Source: Clostridium sp. 28_17
GTDB lineage: Bacteria > Bacillota > Clostridia > TANB77 > CAG-508
Direction of reading: 5' to 3'
Assembly: GCA_001916065.1 (NCBI GenBank)
Contig: MNRS01000019.1
Span: 31,948 to 95,947, forward strand
Length of the DNA stretch: 64,000 bases
Positions 18,372 to 28,491 of the stretch are shown in pieces. Positions within the stretch are counted from its first letter, which is position 1, and the number at the start of each line of letters is the position of its first letter. The notes below the pieces were generated by a model, which was given only the letters and a program-made list of their open reading frames with translations, ran no database searches and was not told where the DNA came from. Position numbers and translations under genes: made by a program.

Positions 18372-18626
18372 ATGGTTATGTTGTTAATTTCATTTATACC
18401 ATTTTGTGTAATAATATTTAATTGTATAAAAAGTTATTTTTGGGGATTTAAAATTGTAATGATGAGTGGAATAGATTGTCCATTATATTTTGGATTTGAA
18501 GCAGTTTATAAGTATTTATGGATAATGTTTTCATTTAGATATTTTGGAATAATTACAATTCCAGTAATAATACTTTGTGTTCTATATCAAATATGGTATT
18601 TTAGAAAAAACAGTAATTTATTTTAA
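18372..18626 (+). CDS. Small hydrophobic protein
   Basis: ORF with RBS; hydrophobic. Confidence 0.3.
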   Translation: MVMLLISFIPFCVIIFNCIKSYFWGFKIVMMSGIDCPLYFGFEAVYKYLWIMFSFRYFGIITIPVIILCVLYQIWYFRKNSNLF

Positions 18627-18892
18627 TACATGTATGTTATATGAATAAAGAACAATAGTAGCATGTATTATGAAAATCCTGACTACATATATGAATGTTA
18701 TATAGAAAAAAATAATTTGAAAATAAAAAGGTTAGAAGAATTAAAGAAAAAATAATTTTCGAATAAAAACAGTAACTAGAAACGGCAAATTTATGCAAAT
18801 TAAGAAAGCAAAACGCTTTCTTTTTTTAATTTTTTATGATAAAATGTGAAAACAATAATGTATAATTTAAAATAAAAAAGAAGGTAATAAAA

Positions 18893-19402
18893 ATGAAATT
18901 AAATATAGTAATGGTAGAACCAGAAATACCACAAAATACTGGAAATATAGCAAGAACATGTGCAATAACAGGAGCAAAACTACACTTAGTGCACCCACTA
19001 GGATTCAAAATAGACGAAAAATCAGTAAAAAGAGCAGGGCTAGACTATTGGGACAAGTTAGACATAGAAGAACATAAATCATTGGAAGATTTTTTAAATA
19101 AATACAAACCAGAAGAAAACAATATGTTTTTTGCAACAACAAAAGGAACTACAAAATATACAGACATAGACTATTCAACAATGGACGAAGTATTTGTATT
19201 ATATGGAAAAGAAACAAAAGGATTACCAGAACCTTTACTAGAAAAATATTTAGACGAAAAAACAATAAGAATACCAATGTTACCAACTTTAAGGTCATTG
19301 AATTTGTCAAATTCTGTTGCAATTATTACATATGAAATTTTAAGACAACATAATTTTGAAGATTTACAAGAAACAAGTACATATTTTAGCGATAAAATAT
19401 AA
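18893..19402 (+). CDS. trmL: tRNA (cytidine/uridine-2'-O)-methyltransferase TrmL (SpoU family)
   Basis: MKLNIVMVEPEIPQNTGNIARTCAITGAKLHLVHPLGF. Confidence 0.8.
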   Translation: MKLNIVMVEPEIPQNTGNIARTCAITGAKLHLVHPLGFKIDEKSVKRAGLDYWDKLDIEEHKSLEDFLNKYKPEENNMFFATTKGTTKYTDIDYSTMDEVFVLYGKETKGLPEPLLEKYLDEKTIRIPMLPTLRSLNLSNSVAIITYEILRQHNFEDLQETSTYFSDKI

Positions 19403-19479
19403 AACAAAAGAAAAATATAGAATATGTGCAAAAGGCATTTTCTTAAGTAGAATGAAAATTTTAGCAATGGGAGCAAATT

Positions 19480-19731
19480 ATGGAAAAAATATACAAGGAA
19501 CCAAACAAATCAGAAACAGAAACAACAATAAATGTATTATATAGTGAAAATATGCTATCAATATATACAAACAAAGTGAATTTGCAAAAACAGCTCAACA
19601 AATTATTAGGAGCTCCTACTAAAGAAGACAAAATTAAAAGAAGTATTGCAGGAAGCAGATGGAATATTTCATTAGATGATAAAACAAAAATACAAAAAAT
19701 AATTCTAAAAGCCAATATATATGAATTATAG
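19480..19731 (+). CDS. Hypothetical protein
   Basis: ORF only. Confidence 0.3.
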   Translation: MEKIYKEPNKSETETTINVLYSENMLSIYTNKVNLQKQLNKLLGAPTKEDKIKRSIAGSRWNISLDDKTKIQKIILKANIYEL

Positions 19732-19793
19732 AATAATTATTAAATAAAATGGAAAAATAATATTATCAAAATTAGAAAAGGAAGAAGATCACA

Positions 19794-20582
19794 ATGGACA
19801 AAAAATTGATTGCGATAGATTTAGATGGAACACTATTAAACAGTGACGGAATAGTAAGTGAGGTAACAAAATCACATTTACAAAAATTAAAAGAAAAAGG
19901 ATATATAATAACAATAGCAACAGGAAGAATTTTAAACAGAGCGCTTGTTGGAACAGATGGAGCAGAGTTTACAAATTATATTGTTAGTGACGCAGGAGCA
20001 GCCGTTTTTAAAAATAATGAAATAAACAAAGAGTGGGAAGAAGTATATGCACATGGATTATCAAAAGATATTGCTAAAAATATTTCTTCTTATTATGACA
20101 AAGATAAATTTATAACTATAAATATATGTGATAGAAATAAGATACACCATTATGACCAAACAGTTAATATAACTGAATTTTTAGAGAATATAAACGAAAT
20201 AATACATGTATCAGTATCATTTATTAATAATGAATTTGTAGAAGAATATTTAAAAATATTTACAAAAAAATTTCCAATGTTAAAGGTAGAAATTATGCAA
20301 GATAGTTTTGGTGAAGTTAAATGGTTAGAAATTGCTCAAAATGGTGTTGAAAAATATAAAGGAATAGCTGAAGTTGCAAAATTAGAAGGAATTTTAAATG
20401 AAAATATTATTGCATTTGGCGATGGCTTAAATGATGTTGAAATGCTTAAAAAGTGTGGTGTTGGTGTTGCTATGCAAAATGCTTTGCCAGAAGTTAAAGA
20501 ACAAGCCGATTATATTACTTCCAGAACTAATAATGAAAATGGAGTTGTAGAATTTTTAAAAGAATATTTAGTTGAAATATAA
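19794..20582 (+). CDS. Cof-type HAD-IIB hydrolase
   Basis: LIAIDLDGTLLNSDG; GDGLND motif. Confidence 0.8.
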   Translation: MDKKLIAIDLDGTLLNSDGIVSEVTKSHLQKLKEKGYIITIATGRILNRALVGTDGAEFTNYIVSDAGAAVFKNNEINKEWEEVYAHGLSKDIAKNISSYYDKDKFITINICDRNKIHHYDQTVNITEFLENINEIIHVSVSFINNEFVEEYLKIFTKKFPMLKVEIMQDSFGEVKWLEIAQNGVEKYKGIAEVAKLEGILNENIIAFGDGLNDVEMLKKCGVGVAMQNALPEVKEQADYITSRTNNENGVVEFLKEYLVEI

Positions 20583-20606
20583 ATTATAGAAAAAGGAAGA
20601 AAAACA

Positions 20607-22334
20607 ATGGACGAAAAATATGGATTTTTTAAAGCACTAAAAGATTTGTTTAAATACTCAAAGGAAAATAAAAACAAATATATTTTAGGAACAATATTTA
20701 TGATTATATTTGTAATTACATCAATGTTCTATACAACAATGAATTCAAAATTAATAGCAAATATAATGAGCCTAAACTTAGATAAAGCAATAAGATTAGT
20801 TGTTATATGTGCACTTTTAAGAATATTTTCAATAACATTCTGCCATAATCAATACAGAAGAATTGTAATTAAGGCAGGAGAAGAAATATCAGCTACAATA
20901 CAAAAAAAGATATATTCAAAAGTACTTAATTTATCAATGTCATCATTTGAAAATATGAAATCAGGAAAAATATTTACAACAATAAAAGCAGCAGATAGCG
21001 GAATGATGAGCACAATAAGCCAATTATTACAGGAAAGTGCATATGTGGCAACATCTGTTGTAATGCTATTTGTAATATATTTTATAGATTGGAAAATAGG
21101 GTTAGGGGTAACAGCAATATCAGCAATAAGCCTTCTTTTATTTAAAATACAATTAGATAAATCAAAAAAATATTTAAAATCAGAGTTTGAATATGCAGAT
21201 AATTACTCAACACTAGTAAATGAAACAACTAGAGGATTTAAAGAAATAAAGGCATTAGATTTAAAAGAAAAATGCTTTAATATTTTTGGAAATGATATTG
21301 ATAATTTAAAAGATACAAGAATAACAAGAAGGCTATTAGGGAAAACAGTAAATACATCAAAATGGACAATAAGAATTATTGGAGATGCTATTATTTTACT
21401 ATATATAATAGAACAATTGAGAATTTCAGCAATGGACATAGAAACTGCAATGATGGTAATTACATATATGACAAACATAGTAGATGATGTGTTCCATAGA
21501 ATAATTGAACATGACTTTGGAATTTCAGAATTTACAGCAAATATGAGAAGAGTAAAATCTTTATTAGAAGATGAAGAGCTAGAAAAAGAAAAATTCGGTA
21601 CAAAAGAGTATAAGAATATAAAAGGAAACATTGAATTGAAAAATGTTACATTTGCATATTCTAAGGACAAAATATTAAATGATATTTCATTTGAAATAAA
21701 GGCTAAAAAGAAAAATGCTTTAGTTGGACTGAGTGGAAGTGGAAAATCTACAATATTCAAATTATTATTAAAACAATACGACAATTATGATGGGCAAATA
21801 TTAATTGATGGATATGATATTAGAGATTTTTCAGAGAAAAGTTTACGAAATGCAATTTCTGTTGTTAACCAAGAGCCAATGCTATTTAATATGAGTATAA
21901 AAGAGAATTTATTAATGGTAAAACCAGATGCGACAGATGAACAAATACAACAGGCTTGTAAACTTGCAAGTATTCATGAGTTTATTGAAACTCTACCACA
22001 TAAATATGACGAAATTTTATTAGAAAATAATAATAACATATCTGTAGGACAAAAACAAAGAATTGCAATTGCTAGGTCAATATTAAAAGATACTCCTATT
22101 ATTTTATTTGATGAGGTTACAAGTGCATTAGATAAGGAGAGTAAGAAAAATATTGAAGAAACTATAAATGAAATTGCAAAGGTTAAAACTGTTGTTGTAA
22201 TAGCCCATACTTTAGATAGTATTGATAATTTTGATAATATTGTTTGTTTGAAAAATGGTGTTATTGTTGAAGAGGGGAGTCATAATGATTTGATAAATGA
22301 AAAAGGTATGTATTATAATTTGCTTAATATATAG
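20607..22334 (+). CDS. ABC transporter, fused permease/ATP-binding exporter
   Basis: Six-TM N-terminal domain; Walker A GLSGSGKST, signature ISVGQKQRIAIARS, Walker B ILFDEVTSALD. Confidence 0.85.
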   Translation: MDEKYGFFKALKDLFKYSKENKNKYILGTIFMIIFVITSMFYTTMNSKLIANIMSLNLDKAIRLVVICALLRIFSITFCHNQYRRIVIKAGEEISATIQKKIYSKVLNLSMSSFENMKSGKIFTTIKAADSGMMSTISQLLQESAYVATSVVMLFVIYFIDWKIGLGVTAISAISLLLFKIQLDKSKKYLKSEFEYADNYSTLVNETTRGFKEIKALDLKEKCFNIFGNDIDNLKDTRITRRLLGKTVNTSKWTIRIIGDAIILLYIIEQLRISAMDIETAMMVITYMTNIVDDVFHRIIEHDFGISEFTANMRRVKSLLEDEELEKEKFGTKEYKNIKGNIELKNVTFAYSKDKILNDISFEIKAKKKNALVGLSGSGKSTIFKLLLKQYDNYDGQILIDGYDIRDFSEKSLRNAISVVNQEPMLFNMSIKENLLMVKPDATDEQIQQACKLASIHEFIETLPHKYDEILLENNNNISVGQKQRIAIARSILKDTPIILFDEVTSALDKESKKNIEETINEIAKVKTVVVIAHTLDSIDNFDNIVCLKNGVIVEEGSHNDLINEKGMYYNLLNI

Positions 22335-22340
22335 AATGAA

Positions 22341-22384
22341 AAGAGTAGACTTTGAAATTAATTCTTTAAAATCTACTCTTTATT
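22341..22384 (+). terminator. Rho-independent terminator
   Basis: AAGAGTAGAC...GTCTACTCTT hairpin then TATT. Confidence 0.55.
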
Positions 22385-22515
22385 GGGCTATCACGTTTGC
22401 CTAAGGGCTTTTTGGTATAATTCACACATTTTCCTAACGACCTTTTGAATAAAAAGTACTTTTAATTTCTAAATTTATGTGATAGAATATCAAAAAAACG
22501 GAAGGGAAAATAAAA

Positions 22516-23634
22516 ATGAAAGATATAAGAATAGAAAAATTAGCACACAATTTATTAACATACTCAATAGACTTAAAAGGAAACGACAACATACTAATAG
22601 AGGTATTAGGAGAAGACGGGATACCATTAGCAAAAGAACTTATGAGACAAGCAGAACAAATGAAAGCAAAACCATATTTCAACATAGTAAATTACGAACT
22701 ATTAAGGATAATGTTAGAAAACGCAACAGAAGAACAAATCAAACTATATGGAAAACACGATGAAACAAGAATGAAAGATATGGACGCATATATAGGAATA
22801 AGAGCAACATCAAACACATCAGAATTATCAAAAATAGATAGCAAAATAATGAATATGTACAACAAATATTACACAGTACCCGTACACTTTGAAGAAAGAG
22901 TAAAAAGAACAAAGTGGTGTATATTAAGATATCCAAATAATTCGATGGCACAAATGAGCAAAATGACATTAGAAGAATTTGAAGATTTTTATTTCAATGT
23001 ATGTAATTTAGACTATTCAAAAATGTCAAAAGCAATGGATAATTTAAAAGATTTAATGAATAAAACAGATAAAGTACATATTGTAGGACCTGGTACAGAT
23101 TTAACATTTAGCATAAAAGGAATATCAGCAGAAAAATACATGGGAACATTCAATATTCCAGACGGAGAAGTAGCATCCGCTCCTGTAAAAGAAAGTGTAA
23201 ATGGATTTATCACATACAATACTGAAACAACATATAATGGATATACATTCAATAATATAAGATTTGAATTTGAAAATGGAAAAATAGTAAAAGCAACAGC
23301 AAATAATACGGAAATGATAAATAAAATATTAGACACTGATGATGGTGCACGTTATATTGGCGAATTTGCATTTGGACTAAATCCATATGTAGAAAGACCA
23401 ATTGGAGACACACTATTTGACGAAAAAATAAAAGGAAGTTTTCACTTTACACCAGGAGATGCACTAGAAGAAAGTGACAATGGAAATAGATCAAGTATTC
23501 ATTGGGATATAGTAAATATTCAAAGAAAAGAATATGGCGGAGGAGAAATATATTTTGATGATGCCCTAATCAGAAAAGATGGAATATTTGTATTACCAGA
23601 ATTACAAGCACTAAACCCAGAAAATTTAATATAA
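22516..23634 (+). CDS. Aminopeptidase, M29 (AmpS/PepS) family
   Basis: Length and overall pattern of thermophilic/aminopeptidase T family. Confidence 0.75.
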   Translation: MKDIRIEKLAHNLLTYSIDLKGNDNILIEVLGEDGIPLAKELMRQAEQMKAKPYFNIVNYELLRIMLENATEEQIKLYGKHDETRMKDMDAYIGIRATSNTSELSKIDSKIMNMYNKYYTVPVHFEERVKRTKWCILRYPNNSMAQMSKMTLEEFEDFYFNVCNLDYSKMSKAMDNLKDLMNKTDKVHIVGPGTDLTFSIKGISAEKYMGTFNIPDGEVASAPVKESVNGFITYNTETTYNGYTFNNIRFEFENGKIVKATANNTEMINKILDTDDGARYIGEFAFGLNPYVERPIGDTLFDEKIKGSFHFTPGDALEESDNGNRSSIHWDIVNIQRKEYGGGEIYFDDALIRKDGIFVLPELQALNPENLI

Positions 23635-23650
23635 TACAAGGAGAAAACAA

Positions 23651-24061
23651 ATGATATACGAATTTGAAGTACCAGGAAAAGTAATAGGAAAAGGAAGACC
23701 GAGACTAAACTCATACACAGGAGTAGTCTACACGCCAACAAGAACAAAAGACTACGAAGCATTAGTAGAACAATATTTTTTACTAAAATATCCACGATTT
23801 AAAGCCTTAGAAGGAAGAATAAAAGTAAATATAATAGCATATTTTTCAATACCAAAAACAACCAAAAAATCAGACATAAACGAAATGTTAGAAAACAATA
23901 TAAGTCCAACCAAAAAACCAGATATAGACAACATTGTAAAAGCAATTTTAGACAGTATGAACAAATTTGCCTTTAAGGATGATAATCAAATTACAAAATT
24001 AGAAGTAGAAAAGAAATATGCCATAGAAGATAAAGTTTATGTAAAAATAGAAGAATACTAA
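23651..24061 (+). CDS. rusA: RusA-family Holliday junction resolvase
   Basis: GKGRPR, YTPTRTKDYE, KKPDIDNIVKAILDS, AFKDDNQI motifs. Confidence 0.7.
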   Translation: MIYEFEVPGKVIGKGRPRLNSYTGVVYTPTRTKDYEALVEQYFLLKYPRFKALEGRIKVNIIAYFSIPKTTKKSDINEMLENNISPTKKPDIDNIVKAILDSMNKFAFKDDNQITKLEVEKKYAIEDKVYVKIEEY

Positions 24062-24140
24062 AATACTATTAGTATTCTTTTGGCTTTTTAGAGAGACATT
24101 TGCCATCAAAAAGGACATTTTCAAATAAGAAGGATGCAAT

Positions 24141-24638
24141 ATGAAAGAAATACCTTACAATAGAAATAATGTCATCGAATATGCCAGAAAATGGGCATAT
24201 GGAAGAAACCCACAATATTATAATTTTGATAATGTAGGAGGAGACTGCACAAGTTTTGTGTCACAATGCATATATGCAGGCTCAAAAGTAATGAACTATT
24301 CAAAACAAAATGGATGGTATTATATTAACGGAAACAACAAATCACCATCATGGAGTGGTGTAGAATTCTTACACAATTTTTTGACTAAAAATAAATCAGT
24401 AGGTCCATATGGAAATGAAGTAGGACAGGATAAAATTGCATTAGGAGATATAGCACAACTTTCATTTGATGGAGATAAATTCTCACATAGTTTAGTCATA
24501 GTAAAAATAGAAGATAACACAGATTTAAATCAAGTATTTATTAGTTCACATACATTTGATTCATTTAATAAAAGAATATTAGAATATAATTATGAAAAAA
24601 TAAGATTCATACACATAGAAGGAGTAAGAAAAAATTAA
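24141..24638 (+). CDS. Putative amidase-domain (Amidase_6-like) protein
   Basis: GGDCTSFVSQCIYAGS cysteine motif. Confidence 0.55.
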   Translation: MKEIPYNRNNVIEYARKWAYGRNPQYYNFDNVGGDCTSFVSQCIYAGSKVMNYSKQNGWYYINGNNKSPSWSGVEFLHNFLTKNKSVGPYGNEVGQDKIALGDIAQLSFDGDKFSHSLVIVKIEDNTDLNQVFISSHTFDSFNKRILEYNYEKIRFIHIEGVRKN

Positions 24639-24729
24639 GAAGACCTTTTAAGAACAGTCACCCAAAGGACATAAAATGACATAAAAGACAAACAATACGT
24701 ATAGACATTATATAGAAAGGGGATGTTGT

Positions 24730-25506
24730 ATGAAAATTATTAGTATAAGAAAGAAAACAATATTCAAAATAAGCAGTGCAATATTGTTTGTTATGGTAAT
24801 ATGTATATTTACGCAATCATTTGGAATGCAGCATTACTACAAAGTTGATTTTTCAACGGGATTAGTAACAGCAACAATTTTAAATGTTAGAAGTGGCCCA
24901 GGTGTTAATTACAATATAGTAGCAACAGTCAAGAAAAATGAATACATAAGAGTATTTGCAGGAGTTGGAGATTGGTATATCGTTCAGGTTGAAGGTGATT
25001 ATGTAGGAGCAGTAAGCAAAAAATATGTAAAAGCAATTTATCCAAACTCAAGTGGTGGAACGACATCAGGAAGCACAAGTTCAGGTAGTTCAAGTTCTGG
25101 AAACACAACAAACACAAGTACAATGAGTAGTGATGAAAAGGAAGTTTTTGATTTAATAAACAAGCAAAGAACTAATAATGGATTAACTGCATTAAAAATG
25201 GATTCTGAAGTTTTAAATGTTGCAAGAATAAAAGCAAAAGATATGGTAGACAATAATTACTTCTCACATAATTCACCAACTTACGGTTCTCCATTTGATA
25301 TGTTGAATAGTTTTAAAGTATCATATAAAACTGCCGGAGAAAATATTGCAGGAAATTCAAGTAATAGTGCAGCCGTTACAGCCTGGATGAATTCATCTGG
25401 ACATAAGGCAAATATTTTAAATTCTTCTTTTAACTATACAGGAATAGGTGTTATAAAAAGCAATAAATATGGAAAAGTGTATGTTCAAATATTTATAGGA
25501 AAATAG
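24730..25506 (+). CDS. Secreted SH3b plus CAP (SCP/PR-1, YkwD-like) domain protein
   Basis: Signal/TM, SH3b (ATILNVRSGPGVNYNIV), Ser/Thr linker, CAP motifs HNSPTYGS, GENIA, GHKANIL. Confidence 0.7.
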   Translation: MKIISIRKKTIFKISSAILFVMVICIFTQSFGMQHYYKVDFSTGLVTATILNVRSGPGVNYNIVATVKKNEYIRVFAGVGDWYIVQVEGDYVGAVSKKYVKAIYPNSSGGTTSGSTSSGSSSSGNTTNTSTMSSDEKEVFDLINKQRTNNGLTALKMDSEVLNVARIKAKDMVDNNYFSHNSPTYGSPFDMLNSFKVSYKTAGENIAGNSSNSAAVTAWMNSSGHKANILNSSFNYTGIGVIKSNKYGKVYVQIFIGK

Positions 25507-25596
25507 AAAATGTCCTCTTAAAAGAGGCATTTTTCAATGATGTACGCAAAAGAACAGTCCAAAAACGAACATCATACAATATAATAGGTGATGTAA

Positions 25597-26109
25597 ATGA
25601 AAAATATCATAAAAAGTTTATATGAAGATGCAAAAAATATAAAAGAAAAAGATCCAGCATGTAGAAACGTGTTAGAAGCAATAATTCTGTATCCAGGTTT
25701 TCACGCAATAGTTTTCCATAGAATAGCACATTTTTTATACAATAAGAACCTATATTTTTTAGCAAGATTAATATCACAAATTGCAAGGCATATAACAGGA
25801 ATAGAAATACATCCTGGTGCAAAAATAGGAAGAAGACTATTAATTGACCATGGAATGGGGGTAGTAATCGGAGAAACTGCAACAATAGGAAATGATTGTA
25901 CAATATACCACAATAGTACACTCGGAGGAACCGGAAAAGACAAATACAAAAGACATCCAGATATAGGAAATAATGTAATGGTAGGTTCTGGAGCAAAAGT
26001 TTTGGGCCCAATAAAAATAGGAAACAATGTTAAAATAGGAGCAAATAGCGTAGTATTAAAAAACATACCAGATAATGAAACAGTTGTACGGAGTACCACG
26101 GAAATATAA
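25597..26109 (+). CDS. cysE: Serine O-acetyltransferase
   Basis: Hexapeptide repeats [38 protein letters not shown]. Confidence 0.85.
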   Translation: MKNIIKSLYEDAKNIKEKDPACRNVLEAIILYPGFHAIVFHRIAHFLYNKNLYFLARLISQIARHITGIEIHPGAKIGRRLLIDHGMGVVIGETATIGNDCTIYHNSTLGGTGKDKYKRHPDIGNNVMVGSGAKVLGPIKIGNNVKIGANSVVLKNIPDNETVVRSTTEI

Positions 26110-26198
26110 CCACAACAAAAAAAGCATAAATACACTTGTTTTTTTATTATAAAGGTGATAAAATGTAAAAAAATTGAGATTAGCCGGAGGTACCACAA

Positions 26199-27866
26199 AT
26201 GTATGAAAGAAGTGCAATAGTATTAGAAAAAAATTTTAACACAATATTAGGATTTGACAAAAAACCTAATTTAAAAACAATATATAAAGATTACAAAGAA
26301 ATAACAGAAGAAATACAAAAGTACCAATCTATACTTGAAGAAGAAGATAAAGTAATAAATGAATTTGATGAAATAGCAAACGAAATAAGAAAAATTCAGC
26401 AAGAACAAAAAAAATTATATAAATCTAACATAAAATTAGAAGAAGACAGAAACCAACTATTTGACAACCTAGAAGATGAACCAGAAGTTATAGAAAAAAA
26501 ATTACTAAAAATAGAAACCACTGTTTCAGAAAACAATCAAAAACTAGAAGAAATAAGAGAAAAATATATAAAAACAATAACAGAATTTGAACAAAAACAA
26601 CAAGACAGAAATGCATGCTCAAAAGACAAAAGAGCAGAAGAAAAGAAACATCTACAATTAATTGAAAAAATAACAAATGATTTTAAAGAAATAGATAAAG
26701 AAATGGTTAAAAATATCAAAACATTTATAAGCACAGACGAAGAAGCAGTAAAAACAAATATAATAGAAATAATGATAGAAAATGGTAAAGACGAAAGAAT
26801 ACCATTCAATAAAGCAATAATAGAAAATGCCGTAAACACAAGAATCACAATAGCCAGAAGAGAAGCAGAATGCTATATGGCTATATTTGAAAAAACAAGA
26901 AGGTTATTAACAGAACTAAATAATGACGACATAAAAATGGACAAATACAATAAAACATTACGTGATGTCAGTGCAAAACTAGCATTTTTAAAAGCCATGA
27001 AATTATATATAGTAAGTTTCTTAGACAATGAAAGAATGTCAACAATAAATGGAATCAAGATTCACAATAAATTAATGGAAGAGGCTTGCGAAAATTTCAC
27101 TGCAGATATGGAACAAGTTAGAAAATTATACGAATTAATCATACGTGAAATTACTAATAAATCAAGCAAAAAAGCATACAAAGAATTGTATAACAAAGAA
27201 TATCTAAAAAATATAGAAGACAAAGAAAAAAACTTTGAAGAAGAAGTAAACAATATAAGAGTAAATGCCGGAGCAATAATAAACTCAAACTATTGGAGAA
27301 TCGAAGAAATAAAAAACATTTATGATGTATTTCAAAATGAAGTAACACAAAAATTTGGAAAAGACTTATCAGAATTCCAACCTCAAGAAGAAAACGAAGA
27401 AGAAATAGAGGAAAAAGCAGAAATAGAAGATGACATCTTTAAAACAAAAATTTCAGACGAAGACACAGAATATGTAGAAGAATTTGAATTTGATGACGAC
27501 GATGAATATAACGAAGCAGACAATGAAAAAGAATACTACGAAGATGAAGAAGAATATGAAGATGACGAAGAATACGAAGCTGACTATGAAGAAGACGAAG
27601 AATATGAAGACGAATATGACGACAATTTTGAAGATGATGATCAATATGAAGATGACGGAGAAGAATTTGATGACGAGTACGAGGACGAATATGAAGATGA
27701 TGAAGACGACTATGATGATGAGTATGAAGACGAGTATGATGACGAAGACGAAAATGACGAAGATGATGAAAAAATAGAAAAAACAGATTCAAACAAAAAA
27801 GAAAATACAAAATCAAATAGCAAGAAAGGAATATTTAACAAATTCTTTAAAGACAAAAGAAGTTAA
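26199..27866 (+). CDS. Coiled-coil protein with about 130-aa poly-acidic D/E/Y tail
   Basis: Heptad-rich N-terminal 400 aa; C-terminus EFEFDDDDEYNEADNEKEYYEDEEEYEDDEEYEADYEEDEEYEDEYDD... Confidence 0.6.
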   Translation: MYERSAIVLEKNFNTILGFDKKPNLKTIYKDYKEITEEIQKYQSILEEEDKVINEFDEIANEIRKIQQEQKKLYKSNIKLEEDRNQLFDNLEDEPEVIEKKLLKIETTVSENNQKLEEIREKYIKTITEFEQKQQDRNACSKDKRAEEKKHLQLIEKITNDFKEIDKEMVKNIKTFISTDEEAVKTNIIEIMIENGKDERIPFNKAIIENAVNTRITIARREAECYMAIFEKTRRLLTELNNDDIKMDKYNKTLRDVSAKLAFLKAMKLYIVSFLDNERMSTINGIKIHNKLMEEACENFTADMEQVRKLYELIIREITNKSSKKAYKELYNKEYLKNIEDKEKNFEEEVNNIRVNAGAIINSNYWRIEEIKNIYDVFQNEVTQKFGKDLSEFQPQEENEEEIEEKAEIEDDIFKTKISDEDTEYVEEFEFDDDDEYNEADNEKEYYEDEEEYEDDEEYEADYEEDEEYEDEYDDNFEDDDQYEDDGEEFDDEYEDEYEDDEDDYDDEYEDEYDDEDENDEDDEKIEKTDSNKKENTKSNSKKGIFNKFFKDKRS

Positions 27867-27921
27867 TATAAAAGAAAGGGGTTAATCAATTAAAAAATAG
27901 ACAATTGATTATACAAGAAAA

Positions 27922-28479
27922 ATGTATTTAATAGTTGGATTAGGAAACCCAGAAAACGAATATGCACACACAAGGCACAACATGGGATTTGATACAATAA
28001 ATGAAGTAGCAGAAAAAAACAACATAAATATAACAAAATCAAAATTCAAGGGATTATATGAAACAGGAATAATACAAGGAAAAAAAGTAATATTATTAAA
28101 ACCACAAACATATATGAACTTAAGTGGAGAATCAATAAAAGAAGTGGTAAATTTCTATAATATTGAACCAAAAGAAATTATTGTTATATATGATGACATT
28201 GACATAGAAAAAGGAAAAATAAAATTAAGAAAAAAAGGTGGAGCCGGTTCACACAATGGAATGAAGTCGGTTGTAGAAGAACTAAATACAACAGACTTCG
28301 CACGAATAAGAGTAGGGATAGGACAACCAGAATTCAAAAGTGACATGATTAATTACGTTATAGGGAAAATTCCAGAAGATGAACAAAAAATTTTAAAAGA
28401 AGGAACACACAAAGCAGCAGAAGCAGTAGAAGAAATTCTGAAAAATGGAATAGATATTGCAATGAACAAGTTTAATTAG
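27922..28479 (+). CDS. pth: Peptidyl-tRNA hydrolase
   Basis: MYLIVGLGNPENEYAHTRHNMGF. Confidence 0.9.
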   Translation: MYLIVGLGNPENEYAHTRHNMGFDTINEVAEKNNINITKSKFKGLYETGIIQGKKVILLKPQTYMNLSGESIKEVVNFYNIEPKEIIVIYDDIDIEKGKIKLRKKGGAGSHNGMKSVVEELNTTDFARIRVGIGQPEFKSDMINYVIGKIPEDEQKILKEGTHKAAEAVEEILKNGIDIAMNKFN

Positions 28480-28491
28480 AAGGGAAAAAAT

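Noticed and set aside
22479-22763. Arg/Lys-rich 94-aa ORF overlapping the start of the M29 aminopeptidase
   Set aside because: Alternative frame of an A-rich region; the aminopeptidase frame has the RBS and homology
23651-25506. Intact prophage
   Set aside because: Only RusA and an amidase-domain gene; no integrase, terminase, portal, capsid or tail genes and no att repeats found
25607-26198. Two 134-165-aa minus-strand ORFs opposite cysE
   Set aside because: Antisense to a well-supported hexapeptide-repeat gene; Leu/Phe-rich with no start context
27439-27816. Long minus-strand ORFs (His/Arg/Leu-rich) and a + strand Met/Lys/Thr-rich ORF overlapping the acidic-tail region
   Set aside because: Artefacts of the GAA/GAT/TAT repeat DNA encoding the poly-acidic tail; no RBS and implausible composition
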